From an uncultured Clostridia bacterium (GTDB lineage Bacteria; Bacillota; Clostridia; UBA1381), in assembly GCA_937907325.1 (NCBI GenBank), contig CALERO010000036.1, positions 1 through 54,661 of the forward strand: DNA of 54,661 nucleotides. Reading direction: 5' to 3'. Position 1 is the first letter of the stretch, and each line of letters begins with the position of its first letter. Made by a program: the position numbers and the translations under genes. Positions 29,650 to 39,455 of this stretch are shown here, one piece after another. The notes below the pieces were generated by a model. That model was not told the origin of the DNA, did no database searches, and saw only the letters and a list, made by a program, of their open reading frames with translations.

Positions 29650-30254
29650 AAAAAATTACGGCAATAGCGCTGATTTTTGCGCTGATATGTATGCTTTCCG
29701 CCTGTGGAAAGCAACAAGCCGCACCGTCACCCTCACCGACGGCAGCGGCGGACATTTCTCAGCTTAAAGCCGACCCTGTCGGTATAACGATAACGCTTGA
29801 GGACGGAAGAAGCATAAAAGCAAATCTTTATCCCAAGCTTGCTCCGATAACGGTTGAAAACTTTACAAAGCTTTGCAATACGAATTTTTATGACGGACTC
29901 ATATTTCACCGTGTAATAAACGGATTTATGATACAGGGCGGCGGTATGGACAAAAGCGGCATACAAAAGCAAACCGATACTATCAAAGGCGAATTTAAGC
30001 AAAACGGTGTTGACAATCCCCTTTCACACAAAAGAGGAGTTCTCTCAATGGCAAGAACGGCGCTCAGCATGGACAGTGCATCGAGTCAGTTCTTTATCGT
30101 TCAGGCGGACAGCACGCATCTTGACGGTCAGTATGCGGCGTTCGGAGAAGTTACCGAAGGTATGGACGTGGTTGACGAAATCGCAGCCGTGCAAACAGAC
30201 TCCAATGATGCGCCCACAGAGCCGATTGTGATAAAAAGTATAACGGTTGATTAA
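29646..30254 (+). CDS. Peptidylprolyl isomerase (cyclophilin type), lipoprotein
   Basis: Lipobox LSAC after [30 protein letters not shown] and [18 protein letters not shown] are cyclophilin motifs. The start overlaps the gyrA stop (ATGA). Confidence 0.9.
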   Translation: MKKITAIALIFALICMLSACGKQQAAPSPSPTAAADISQLKADPVGITITLEDGRSIKANLYPKLAPITVENFTKLCNTNFYDGLIFHRVINGFMIQGGGMDKSGIQKQTDTIKGEFKQNGVDNPLSHKRGVLSMARTALSMDSASSQFFIVQADSTHLDGQYAAFGEVTEGMDVVDEIAAVQTDSNDAPTEPIVIKSITVD

Positions 30255-30317
30255 ACAATCGGAACGAAATACAACACAGCCGAAAATGGCATTTGCACCG
30301 ATTGAAATTTGCAATTC

Positions 30318-30488
30318 GGCAGGAGCAAGCCCCTGCCCTACGGCGGTTTGCAATTATTGTAAACGCGCCTGCACAGGGTCAATGCCTACATTGCCCCGCA
30401 AAACAGCACACAAACCGCAGGGGTCGATGCCCACATCGACACGCAAAGCAACACGCAAACCCGTAGGGGTCGATGCCCGCATCGACCC
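30318..30488. repeat. Cluster A of GTAG-hairpin (REP/BIME-like) repeats: four hairpins plus a ~46-nt tandem duplication
   Basis: GGCAGG-N8-CCTGCC-CTAC (30318-30341); GGGTCAATG-CCTA-CATTGCCCC (30376-30397); GCAG-GGGTCGATG-CCCA-CATCGAC (30417-30440); GTAG-GGGTCGATG-CCCG-CATCGACCC (30463-30488). Confidence 0.8.
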
Positions 30489-30520
30489 TAAAATACAATA
30501 AATTTAAGGAGAATACTAAA

Positions 30521-30994
30521 ATGGATATTGAAATTGTAATAGAAAACGGCGGAATTATCAAAGCGGAGCTTTATCCCGCCTCCGCACCGATAACGGTAGC
30601 AAACTTTTTAAAGCTGATTGACGAGCATTTCTATGACGGTCTTATATTCCACCGTGTCATAAGCGGATTTATGATACAGGGCGGCGGTATGGACAAAGAC
30701 GGAAATCCCAAGCACGCCGAAAGCATAAAAGGTGAATTCAAACGAAACGGTATTGATAACCCTCTAAAACACACCAGAGGAGTGCTTTCAATGGCGAGGA
30801 CTATGTTCCCGAACAGTGCGTCGAGCCAGTTCTTTATTATGCACGCCGATGCTCCGCATCTTGACGGCGAGTATGCCGCTTTCGGAAAAGTTACCGAGGG
30901 CATGGACATTGTTGACCTGATTGCCGAAACGCCGACAGACAGAAGCGATCAGCCGATTGATCCGCAGATTATAAAAACAATAAGAAAAGTCTGA
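30521..30994 (+). CDS. ppiB: Peptidylprolyl isomerase (cyclophilin type), cytoplasmic
   Basis: [14 protein letters not shown] and [17 protein letters not shown]. The start was set at the ATG after AAGGAG. Confidence 0.92.
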   Translation: MDIEIVIENGGIIKAELYPASAPITVANFLKLIDEHFYDGLIFHRVISGFMIQGGGMDKDGNPKHAESIKGEFKRNGIDNPLKHTRGVLSMARTMFPNSASSQFFIMHADAPHLDGEYAAFGKVTEGMDIVDLIAETPTDRSDQPIDPQIIKTIRKV

Positions 30995-31003
30995 AAATTA
31001 TAC

Positions 31004-31074
31004 AAAAAGCGAGGGTGCGGATATATTCTTTACTCATTACCGAGCTAAAGAAGTTCCGCACCCTCGCTTTGCTT
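31004..31074. terminator. 13-bp GC-rich stem with a 33-nt loop between convergent ppiB and lysA (putative bidirectional terminator)
   Basis: AAAAA-GCGAGGGTGCGGA, 33 nt, then TCCGCACCCTCGC-TTTGCTT. Confidence 0.5.
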
Positions 31075-31095
31075 AATGCAATTTTTATTTTCGGA

Positions 31096-32406
31096 TTATA
31101 TGATGTCGTTTCTGATTATATCTTCATATGTTTCACGTTTTACTATAACCTTTGTTTTTCCGCCTGCTACAGCGACAACTGCCGGTCTCGGAATTCTGTT
31201 ATAGTTTGATGCCATTGAATAGTTATACGCACCCGTAGCCAAAACTGCCAGAATATCTCCCGATTTAAGTTCGGGGAGCATAACATCTTTCATCAATATA
31301 TCGCCCGATTCACAGCATTTGCCTGCAACCGTTACCTTTTCAGAAGGTTTTTCGTTTGCTCTGTTTGCCGTTACTGCCGAATACTCCGACTCGTACAGAA
31401 TGTATCGGGGATTATCGCCCATACCGCCGTCAACGCTGACATATTTTCTTACATTCTTTATATCCTTAATACTTCCTACGGTATACAATGTTATGCCTGC
31501 AGGTGCAACTATCGAACGTCCCGGCTCCATTAACAGGAACGGTAAGTCCAAGCCACGCTTTTTTGCAGTGCTTTTTATGACTTCGGAAACTTTTTTGATA
31601 TATTCATCATACGGAACAGGATCGTCCTTTTCTGTATACATTATTCCGTATCCGCCGCCGAGATTTAATTTATTTATCGTTAAGCCGAGCTTGTCTTTTA
31701 AATCTCCGGCAAAATTCATCATTATTTCCGCCGCTTTTTCAAACGGTGCAATATCAAAAATCTGCGAGCCTATGTGACAGTGTATACCGTCGGGATTTAC
31801 GTTAGACATTTTATTTGCTTTTTCGTATATCGAAAATGCCTCGCCGTTTTCAAGCGCAACACCGAATTTTGAATCAATCTGACCCGTTTGAATATAGCTG
31901 TGTGTATGCGCCTCCACTCCGGGCTTTATTCTAAACATTATGTTCTGAACAATTCCCTTTTCCTTTGCAATGTCATTTAACAAAGAAAGCTCATATTCAT
32001 TGTCTACAATGATGTGTCCTACTCCGTTATCAACTGCAAGCTTAAGCTCATCCACAGTCTTATTATTGCCGTGGAAATAGATTTTATCCATAGGAAATCC
32101 TGCCTTTACGGCAGTGTAAAGCTCACCGCCCGAAACAACGTCCGAGCCGAGTCCCTCCTCGTCGGCAACCTTAAAGGTGTGCAATGTGCAGAACGCTTTG
32201 TTTGCATACAGAATTAAGCCTTTGCCGTCATAATATTTATCAACGGCGTCTTTGTAAACACGCATATTTTTACGCATAAAATCTTCGTCAAGCACATACA
32301 GCGGAGTCCCAAACTCCTTTGCCAGCTCAACGGTATCGTTCTCACCTATTACAAGATGATTTTTTTCGTTTACGGATAAATTCTCAGATACAAACATTTT
32401 CTTCAC
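31096..32406 (-). CDS. lysA: Diaminopimelate decarboxylase
   Basis: GTPLYVLDED, the PLP-lysine region YANKAF, GGGYGI and CESGD motifs of LysA. Confidence 0.92.
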   Translation of the reverse strand: MKKMFVSENLSVNEKNHLVIGENDTVELAKEFGTPLYVLDEDFMRKNMRVYKDAVDKYYDGKGLILYANKAFCTLHTFKVADEEGLGSDVVSGGELYTAVKAGFPMDKIYFHGNNKTVDELKLAVDNGVGHIIVDNEYELSLLNDIAKEKGIVQNIMFRIKPGVEAHTHSYIQTGQIDSKFGVALENGEAFSIYEKANKMSNVNPDGIHCHIGSQIFDIAPFEKAAEIMMNFAGDLKDKLGLTINKLNLGGGYGIMYTEKDDPVPYDEYIKKVSEVIKSTAKKRGLDLPFLLMEPGRSIVAPAGITLYTVGSIKDIKNVRKYVSVDGGMGDNPRYILYESEYSAVTANRANEKPSEKVTVAGKCCESGDILMKDVMLPELKSGDILAVLATGAYNYSMASNYNRIPRPAVVAVAGGKTKVIVKRETYEDIIRNDII

Positions 32407-32429
32407 CTTCCATTGCCATTGTTTTTTTA

Positions 32430-33704
32430 TCAGCCGGCTTTTGTATCGTCAAGCGCCAGCCGTTCCTCAAGAGTTTTTTTATCCTCACGCTCTATAAGCG
32501 GATTTTTACCCTCTGTAACACATTCCTTTGTTACGGTTATTTTTCTTATGCTCTTATCGGACGGAGCCTCGTACATTATATCAGCCATTGTTTCTTCTAT
32601 AATGGCTCTCAATCCTCTTGCGCCCGTATTTCTTTCGATAGCCTTGTCTGCTATCGCAATTACGGCGTCCTTATCAAACTCAAGCTCTACCCCGTCAAAT
32701 CCCAAAAGCGTCTGATACTGCTTTACAAGAGCGTTTTTAGGCTCTGTTAAAATAGTAATAAGGGTTTCACGGTCAAGCTTATCAAGCTTTGCAAAAACGG
32801 GAAGTCTGCCGACAAATTCGGGAATAAGTCCGAATTTCAAAAGGTCCTGCGGTATGATATTGTCAAGAAGCTCCGATATATCAAATTCCTTCTTGCTTTC
32901 TATCTTAGCGCCGAAACCGAGTCCGCGTTTGCCGATACGGTTGCTTATTATTTTATCTATTCCGTCAAACGCACCGCCGCAGATAAACAGTATATTGGTT
33001 GTATCTATCTGAATAAGCTCCTGGTGCGGGTGCTTTCTTCCGCCCTGAGGAGGAACAGACGCAACCGTTCCCTCAAGCACTTTCAAAAGCGCCTGCTGAA
33101 CGCCCTCGCCGCTTACATCGCGTGTTATGGACGGATTTTCCGACTTTCTCGCAATTTTATCTATTTCATCAATATAAATTATACCGCGCTCCGCAGCCTC
33201 AATGTCATAATCCGCCGCCTGTATAAGCTTTAATAATATGTTTTCAACGTCCTCGCCGACATATCCTGCCTCGGTAAGCGAGGTTGCGTCCGTTATGGCG
33301 AACGGAACGTTTAATATTCTTGCAAGATTTTGAACAAGGAACGTTTTTCCGCTACCTGTCGGTCCTATCATAAGAATATTACTTTTCTGGAGTTCAACAT
33401 CGTCACTTCCCTCCGCCTCGTGCTCAATTCTTTTATAATGATTGTACACCGCAACGGACAAAAGCTTTTTGGCTTTTTCCTGACCTATTACGTAATTGTC
33501 CAGAAACTCTTTTATTTCTTTCGGCTTAGGCAGTTCCTCATACTCGCTGTCATAGCTTTTGCTGTCATAATCGCCGGCAAGAATAGAGCTGCACGTCCGC
33601 ACACAGTCACTGCAGATATACACGCCCGGTCCCGAAAGCATTTTTGAAACTTCGTCCTCGCTTTTTCCGCAGAATGAACACCTTATTTTCTTCTTTTCGT
33701 CCAT
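32430..33704 (-). CDS. clpX: ATP-dependent Clp protease ATP-binding subunit ClpX
   Basis: N-terminal zinc finger CSFCGK...CSDC, Walker A GPTGSGKT, and IYIDEIDK. Confidence 0.97.
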   Translation of the reverse strand: MDEKKKIRCSFCGKSEDEVSKMLSGPGVYICSDCVRTCSSILAGDYDSKSYDSEYEELPKPKEIKEFLDNYVIGQEKAKKLLSVAVYNHYKRIEHEAEGSDDVELQKSNILMIGPTGSGKTFLVQNLARILNVPFAITDATSLTEAGYVGEDVENILLKLIQAADYDIEAAERGIIYIDEIDKIARKSENPSITRDVSGEGVQQALLKVLEGTVASVPPQGGRKHPHQELIQIDTTNILFICGGAFDGIDKIISNRIGKRGLGFGAKIESKKEFDISELLDNIIPQDLLKFGLIPEFVGRLPVFAKLDKLDRETLITILTEPKNALVKQYQTLLGFDGVELEFDKDAVIAIADKAIERNTGARGLRAIIEETMADIMYEAPSDKSIRKITVTKECVTEGKNPLIEREDKKTLEERLALDDTKAG

Positions 33705-33721
33705 ATTTACGCCCTTTCATA

Positions 33722-33764
33722 TCAAAAAATACAAAACAGGGAATGCAAAAACTTACATTCCCCG
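33722..33764 (-). terminator. Hairpin between clpP and clpX (partial terminator/attenuator)
   Basis: On the minus strand, GGGAATG, a 10-nt loop and CATTCCC are followed by TGTTTTGTATTTTTT. Confidence 0.45.
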
Positions 33765-33773
33765 CATAATAAA

Positions 33774-34373
33774 TTACTTTGCCGGCTTTGACGCAATAAC
33801 ATCATCTATAATACCGTAAGCCTTTGCTTCGTCAGCAGTCATAAAGTTATCTCTTTCCGTATCCTCGCAAACCTGTTCGTACGATTTTCCCGTACGCTCG
33901 GAAAGGATTTTGTTCATCTTTTCCTTTGTTTTTACAAGGTGGTCGGAATAAATCTTTATATCCGTTGTCTGACCGCTCAGTCCGCCGCCGCTGATAAGCG
34001 GCTGATGTATCATAATCTCGCTGTTGGGGAGCGCATAACGCTTGCCCTTTGCACCTGCCGCAAGCAGGAATGCTCCCATACTTGCCGCCATTCCGATACA
34101 AATGGTAGAAACATCGCATTTAATGTACTGCATAGTATCGTAAATTGCCATTCCCGAGGTTATGGAGCCTCCGGGGCTGTCAATGTACAGCTGAATATCC
34201 TTATCGGGGTCTTTTGCTTCAAGATAAAGCATCTGCGCAACAACAAGACTTGATGTTGCGTCGTTTACCTGATCCGACAAAAATATTATTCTGTCCTCAA
34301 GAAGTCTTGAAAAAATGTCGTATGACCTTTCTCCTCTGTTTGTCTGTTCAACAACTACCGGTACAAGTGCCAT
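33774..34373 (-). CDS. clpP: ATP-dependent Clp protease proteolytic subunit ClpP
   Basis: [19 protein letters not shown], the catalytic-Ser region GMAASMGAF and IMIHQP. Confidence 0.97.
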   Translation of the reverse strand: MALVPVVVEQTNRGERSYDIFSRLLEDRIIFLSDQVNDATSSLVVAQMLYLEAKDPDKDIQLYIDSPGGSITSGMAIYDTMQYIKCDVSTICIGMAASMGAFLLAAGAKGKRYALPNSEIMIHQPLISGGGLSGQTTDIKIYSDHLVKTKEKMNKILSERTGKSYEQVCEDTERDNFMTADEAKAYGIIDDVIASKPAK

Positions 34374-34398
34374 AATCGCTCAAATCCTTTCTGCCGAT

Positions 34399-35685
34399 TT
34401 ATTTTACTTTAGCATTGTTTACAAGCATTGTAATGGTCTTCTGGATAGCCAAATCCTGCTTGATGTTTTCCTTTTCCTTGTCGCCCAAAAGCTCCTTAAG
34501 CTTATCAAGCTCCATATTGTACTTCTTAGCCATATCAACAAGGTGAAGCTCAAGCTCCTCCTCGCCCGTTTCGATGCCCTCGGCATTCTTGATTGCCGTA
34601 AGAACAAGCGATCCGCTTATCTTCTTAATCGCATCGGGCTTGAAGTTTTCTCTTATTGCGTCCATCGACATACCCGTGTACTTAAGATATGTTTCCATAT
34701 TAAGACCCTGATATGACAATCTCTGTGCAAAATCATTTACCAATGTGTCAACGTTTGCCTCTATCATAGCGTCGGGAATATCAAATTCCGCATTTTCTAT
34801 TGCCTTTTCAACAACAGCGTTTTCGGTTTCAATCTGTGCCTTGTTCTTTGCTGCTTCTTCAAGCTTCTTTCTTACATCGGCTCTGAATTCGTCCATTGTT
34901 GAAAATTCGCTTACTTCATCAGCAAAATCATCGTTAAGCTCGGGAAGCTCTCTTTCCTTGATTTCCTTTACGGTTACCTTAAAGAGGGCGTCCTTACCTG
35001 CAAGATTTTCAGCATGGTATTCTTCGGGGAATTTAACGTTTACGTCAACAAGGTCGCCTGTGTTTGCGCCTACAAGCTGATCCTCAAAGCCGGGGATAAA
35101 TGTGCCCGAACCGATTTCAAGCTCGTAGTCCTCGCCTTTTCCACCGTCAAACGGAACGCCGTCAACACTTCCCTCAAAGTCGATAACCGTAATATCGCCG
35201 TTCTTTACGGGGCGGTCATCAACCGTGATAAGTCTTGCATTCTTCATCTGCGTTGCTTTGATGTCGTTGTCAACATCTTCGTCTGAAACAGTATAGTCAA
35301 TCTTATCAACTTCTATACCTTTGTATTCGCCCAATTTTACTTCCGGTCTTGTTGTTACGAGAGCCGTAAATACAACAGGCTCGCCGTCCTTGATTTCCTC
35401 AACGTCAATCTCCGGTCTTGCGACTGCGTCAACTTCAGCCTCCTCCAAAGCCTTTGAATACGCTTCGGGAAGTACATTATTTACAGCCTCATCATAGAAT
35501 ACAGCCTTTGTGTAAAGCTTTTCTATAATTGCCTTCGGTGCGTGACCCTTTCTGAAACCGGGTACGTTAAACTTCTTTACATTTTTCTTATAAACCGCAT
35601 TTATTGCCTTTTCAAAATCTTCGCTTGATACTTCAAATGTCAGTTTGACAAGATTCTTTTCTACGTCTTCCTTTTTCACTGCCAT
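34399..35685 (-). CDS. tig: Trigger factor
   Basis: GFRKGHAP ribosome-binding signature, a central FKBP-like domain, and the conserved position upstream of clpP-clpX. Confidence 0.95.
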   Translation of the reverse strand: MAVKKEDVEKNLVKLTFEVSSEDFEKAINAVYKKNVKKFNVPGFRKGHAPKAIIEKLYTKAVFYDEAVNNVLPEAYSKALEEAEVDAVARPEIDVEEIKDGEPVVFTALVTTRPEVKLGEYKGIEVDKIDYTVSDEDVDNDIKATQMKNARLITVDDRPVKNGDITVIDFEGSVDGVPFDGGKGEDYELEIGSGTFIPGFEDQLVGANTGDLVDVNVKFPEEYHAENLAGKDALFKVTVKEIKERELPELNDDFADEVSEFSTMDEFRADVRKKLEEAAKNKAQIETENAVVEKAIENAEFDIPDAMIEANVDTLVNDFAQRLSYQGLNMETYLKYTGMSMDAIRENFKPDAIKKISGSLVLTAIKNAEGIETGEEELELHLVDMAKKYNMELDKLKELLGDKEKENIKQDLAIQKTITMLVNNAKVK

Positions 35686-35734
35686 AGTGATTATTTCCTC
35701 CTTTTGTATCGTAAAACATTATAACATACAGTAT

Positions 35735-35763
35735 ATTATAACATATGCCGAACAATTTTTCAA
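35735..35763 (-). promoter_or_regulatory. Sigma-A promoter of tig
   Basis: On the minus strand: TTGAAA, a 17-nt spacer, then TATAAT. A second ATGTTATAAT copy lies 17 nt downstream. Confidence 0.55.
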
Positions 35764-35796
35764 TTACTTTTTTGATTTTTTATAGATTTCACAATT

Positions 35797-37686
35797 TTAT
35801 TTTATTTTGTAAAGAGTATTACCGCCTTTTGAATAAATTTTATCAAAATTGCTGTAATTTTCTTCGTTTATATTAAACTCATCACGCTCATATCTGCCAA
35901 CAAAAACGTACTTTATGCCGTTGTATGCGCACAGCTCGGTGAGTGTTTCTCCACCGTTTTCATAAGCCGCTTTGACAAGCTCGCTGCGTTTTGCGTATTC
36001 CTCGCCGAAGCCATGGAAATACACATAAAACGACGAACCCAAAAACAGATTTCTTCCGCCAAGTGATGAAACGGGATTTACAGTCTCGCCGCCCGTAAGG
36101 AACACTGCGTCCTTTTCCGTATTTTCCCTTATAAATTCCGCCGTTTGAATATCCTCCTCCGTAAAGGTCTGATACTCCCTGCCCGACTTGTATTCTCTTG
36201 CTATGGTAAGCACTCCCGAAAAAGTTCCGAAAAATACAACAGCCGCCGCAAGATACGCACGTCCGCCCGTACCTTTAAGCTTTTCATACATTTTTACAAA
36301 ATATTCGCTCACGAGAATTACGGCTATCATATAGGCAATAAAAATCAGCTTGTTGTTATCATAGCTGTTCGGCTGAAACAGCACCAGTTCCGCCAAAAAC
36401 ATTACCGCCGCACCGCCCAGAGCAAGCTTTTTGTTCTCAATGCCCGTACAGATAACCGCAGGTGCAATAAACAGTGCCGTTATGCCCCAGTTTTTCAAAT
36501 AAAACCACAGATACGGATCCTTCGTATTTACCCAGTTGAATGACAGCCTCAAAAAACTGTCATTGCCGCTTGTCTGCGAGAAAGTCCAGAAAATAAGCTG
36601 AGGAAGTGCAAGCACCGCAGCCGTTACACCGTAAACCGCCCACATTTTGAAATTTGCCTTGAAATCACTTATAAGCGAGCATATGCAAAGCACAGCGCTT
36701 ATTACTCCCAAAGCAAGAAAAGTATGCGTATGTATCATAGGCATACAGCCTGCAAGAACGCCGAGAATTGCAAAGGTTTTTACGTTTTTGGTGCGTATTC
36801 CGTCTATCAAAAGCCATAGTGCCGGCATCAGCACACACCAGCCTGCCATGGTTGTCCTTTGCGGAATTATCATATCGCAAATCGTGTTTACCCATCGGAG
36901 ATTGCCGTCAAGATAATTTGTCGGTGTTTTGTAATACTCGGTGAAAATCTGCGTAAAAACTCCGCTGTCGGCACGTGCGCCGTTTAAAAAATACGCAAAC
37001 CCGAAACCGCCGTTAAAGAAAAACAGCACGACCGCAAGCACCGCCGCCGCTTTTCTGTTTGTTATTTTCCGTGCCAGAATATAAAATCCCGTAACAAGCA
37101 AAAGTGACATTACATAGCTCGGAACAAGCACCGCCCATCTGAGCGCCGTGCCGAACAGATACAGACTTGACGAAAGCATATCGGCAAGAAACGGATAATT
37201 AAGCTTATATCCCGAAAGCTGACAGTATTCGGGAGGGAATTTCCCCTGTTCCGCAATGCTTGTCACAAAGCTTAAATGCATATTAAGGTCACCGTAAGTG
37301 GATTGCCCCGAGCTTACTCCGCCGCCCGGGAACGGCGCAAGTATATGGTTTGTCATAAGCACCCATATAACAAGCGTCACGGGCAGAATGAGAAACAACG
37401 CAGTTTTGTGCGGTACACATTTCTCACCGCCGATTTTAATATTTATTTTTTCCTTTTTAACCGCTTTTATGACGGCATACGGCAGAATAGCCGCCGCCAT
37501 AAGCGCAAAATGAGCGGTTTTCGTAAACCCGAAAACCGCCGCAAACGGCATAATTCCCGCCATAAGCAGTACATTTCCGAAAACCGAGCCCATCCATATG
37601 CGAAAATATATATCCTTTTCCTTAAATAGCATATCGGCATACAAAAAGCCGACCGCAAGGAAATAAACGTATAATACTATTCCCAT
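35797..37686 (-). CDS. Large polytopic membrane protein with a C-terminal soluble domain (possibly GT-C/DUF2298-like glycosyltransferase; function unknown)
   Basis: 629 aa with many hydrophobic helices across the first ~490 aa. The C-terminal tail ending in YVFVGRYERDEF recalls DUF2298/PMT-like proteins. The assignment is from memory only. Confidence 0.5.
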   Translation of the reverse strand: MGIVLYVYFLAVGFLYADMLFKEKDIYFRIWMGSVFGNVLLMAGIMPFAAVFGFTKTAHFALMAAAILPYAVIKAVKKEKINIKIGGEKCVPHKTALFLILPVTLVIWVLMTNHILAPFPGGGVSSGQSTYGDLNMHLSFVTSIAEQGKFPPEYCQLSGYKLNYPFLADMLSSSLYLFGTALRWAVLVPSYVMSLLLVTGFYILARKITNRKAAAVLAVVLFFFNGGFGFAYFLNGARADSGVFTQIFTEYYKTPTNYLDGNLRWVNTICDMIIPQRTTMAGWCVLMPALWLLIDGIRTKNVKTFAILGVLAGCMPMIHTHTFLALGVISAVLCICSLISDFKANFKMWAVYGVTAAVLALPQLIFWTFSQTSGNDSFLRLSFNWVNTKDPYLWFYLKNWGITALFIAPAVICTGIENKKLALGGAAVMFLAELVLFQPNSYDNNKLIFIAYMIAVILVSEYFVKMYEKLKGTGGRAYLAAAVVFFGTFSGVLTIAREYKSGREYQTFTEEDIQTAEFIRENTEKDAVFLTGGETVNPVSSLGGRNLFLGSSFYVYFHGFGEEYAKRSELVKAAYENGGETLTELCAYNGIKYVFVGRYERDEFNINEENYSNFDKIYSKGGNTLYKIK

Positions 37687-37691
37687 ACTTC

Positions 37692-38144
37692 TTACTTCAA
37701 TGCCGCCTCAATATATTGCCTTAAAACCTGCTTGTCACTGCACTTAAATTCTATTGCGGAAATATTGTTTGAAGTATTGAGCATTATAAGCGCCGGGGTC
37801 TGCTGATCCACGGGGAAATTTTCCTTTGCCTCAGGGGTATCGTCAACGTTTATTATATCAAACTTAACACGTCCGCCGTATTCCTTTTTAAGGTCTTCAA
37901 TCATACTGTTTGTCGCATCAAATCCCGCATCGTTCTTTGAGATAAAATACATAAACGTAGGCGTATACTTCTTTTCGCTCTCGCTCGTCTCCGTCAATGC
38001 CTGTACGGGTGCCGCAGTTGCTTCGGGGGCGGTATTCTTTTTCTGCATACCCTTTGCGGCAAATATAATCACCGCCGCAACTATTACAACCGCCGCTATG
38101 ACCGCCGCTGCAATCTTTGTTTTCTTATCCATCGTTTTCATCAT
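37692..38144 (-). CDS. Membrane-anchored thioredoxin-fold-like protein lacking a CxxC motif
   Basis: N-terminal TM helix [20 protein letters not shown]. The pattern [10 protein letters not shown]...[10 protein letters not shown]...TPALIML follows a thioredoxin-like layout but has no redox cysteine pair. The gene overlaps the trmFO stop by 20 nt. Confidence 0.45.
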   Translation of the reverse strand: MMKTMDKKTKIAAAVIAAVVIVAAVIIFAAKGMQKKNTAPEATAAPVQALTETSESEKKYTPTFMYFISKNDAGFDATNSMIEDLKKEYGGRVKFDIINVDDTPEAKENFPVDQQTPALIMLNTSNNISAIEFKCSDKQVLRQYIEAALK

Positions 38145-39453
38145 TCCTTTCAGAATTGTTTATCCGGCGCTTCAGCGTATCCAATGCTCTCAGCGCAATT
38201 TTGTTATACCGCTCCTGCTTATTGCGTATTCTTTCGTTCAATCCCTCTATGACGCCGAAATTGGCGTTCATAGGCTGAAATTTTTCAACACGCTCGTCCG
38301 ATATATAATTTACAAGCGCACCGATTGCCGTTTTCGAGTCGGGTTCAAACGGCTTTTCGCCCTTGATGATCCTTGCCGCATTGTACCCTGCAAGTATTCC
38401 GCTTGACGCACTCTCAACGTATCCCTCGACTCCGGTTATCTGCCCTGCAAAGAACAATTTCGGATACTTTCGCATCTGATAATACTTATTTAAAAGCTTG
38501 GGGGAATTTATATATGTATTCCTGTGCATAACCCCGTAACGCACAAAATCTGCGTTTTCAAGTCCCGGAATCATTGAGAATACACGCTTTTGCTCTCCCC
38601 ACTTAAGATTGGTCTGAAATCCCACAAGATTGTACAGAGTACCCTCCATATTATCCTGACGGAGTTGTACAACGGCGTATGCGTCATCTTTTCCCGTTTT
38701 GGGATTTACCAGTCCCACAGGCTTTAACGGTCCGAAAACGAGCGTTTCAAACCCACGCTCCGCCATAACCTCAACAGGCATACAACCCTCGAAAACCTTT
38801 CTGTCCTCAAAGCTTTTAAGCTCCGCTGTCTGCGCCGATACAAGTGCATTGTAAAACGCCTCGTATTCTTCACGTGTCATCGGGCAGTTTATATAATCGG
38901 CAGTTCCCTTGTCGTATCGTGCCGCCTTAAAAACCTTTGATTTGTCTATGCTCTCCTCCGTTACAATAGGTGCGGCGGCATCGTAAAAATACAATCCGCT
39001 GCCTCCGGTAAGCTTTTCTATCGCCGGGGAAAGTCCGTCCGAGGTGAGCGGTCCCGTTGCGATTATTGTGTATTCGTCGGGATCTATTTCCGTAACCTCG
39101 CCGTGTATTACCTTTACAAGGCTGTTTTCTTTGATTTTTTCCGTAATGTATTTTGCAAACATATCACGGTCAACCGCAAGCGCACCGCCTGCCGGAACAC
39201 GGCTCCTGTCCGCCGACTCCATCATAAGCGAGCCGAACAGCCGCATTTCCTCTTTCAGAAGTCCGCAGGCATTTTCAATTCTGTCCGCCTTAAGTGAATT
39301 TGAGCATACAAGCTCCGCAAAATCCGCATTTGAATGTGCCGGCGAATATTTCTGCGGTTTCATCTCGTACAGTTCAACGTTTATTCCTTCCTTTACGAGC
39401 TGCCAAACCGCCTCACACCCTGCAAGACCTGCTCCTATAACCTTTACCGTCAT
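38125..39453 (-). CDS. trmFO: Methylenetetrahydrofolate--tRNA-(uracil-5-)-methyltransferase TrmFO
   Basis: [22 protein letters not shown] and [14 protein letters not shown], with the conserved position after topA. Confidence 0.93.
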   Translation of the reverse strand: MTVKVIGAGLAGCEAVWQLVKEGINVELYEMKPQKYSPAHSNADFAELVCSNSLKADRIENACGLLKEEMRLFGSLMMESADRSRVPAGGALAVDRDMFAKYITEKIKENSLVKVIHGEVTEIDPDEYTIIATGPLTSDGLSPAIEKLTGGSGLYFYDAAAPIVTEESIDKSKVFKAARYDKGTADYINCPMTREEYEAFYNALVSAQTAELKSFEDRKVFEGCMPVEVMAERGFETLVFGPLKPVGLVNPKTGKDDAYAVVQLRQDNMEGTLYNLVGFQTNLKWGEQKRVFSMIPGLENADFVRYGVMHRNTYINSPKLLNKYYQMRKYPKLFFAGQITGVEGYVESASSGILAGYNAARIIKGEKPFEPDSKTAIGALVNYISDERVEKFQPMNANFGVIEGLNERIRNKQERYNKIALRALDTLKRRINNSERNDENDG

Positions 39454-39455
39454 TA

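Noticed and set aside
30247-30501. ORF-track entries that lie inside repeat clusters (30247-30501 plus strand; 52741-52947 and 52751-53044 minus strand).
   Set aside because: They are read through GC-rich hairpin repeats, have no RBS, and give low-complexity Pro/Arg/Thr-rich translations. Their boundaries track the repeat boundaries.
32407-32429. Expected cis-regulatory RNAs: a lysine riboswitch before lysA and a guanidine/ykkC-type riboswitch before the MATE gene at 12559-12582.
   Set aside because: The upstream untranslated regions are only about 23 nt long, too short to hold any riboswitch aptamer. lysA appears to be simply co-transcribed with clpX.
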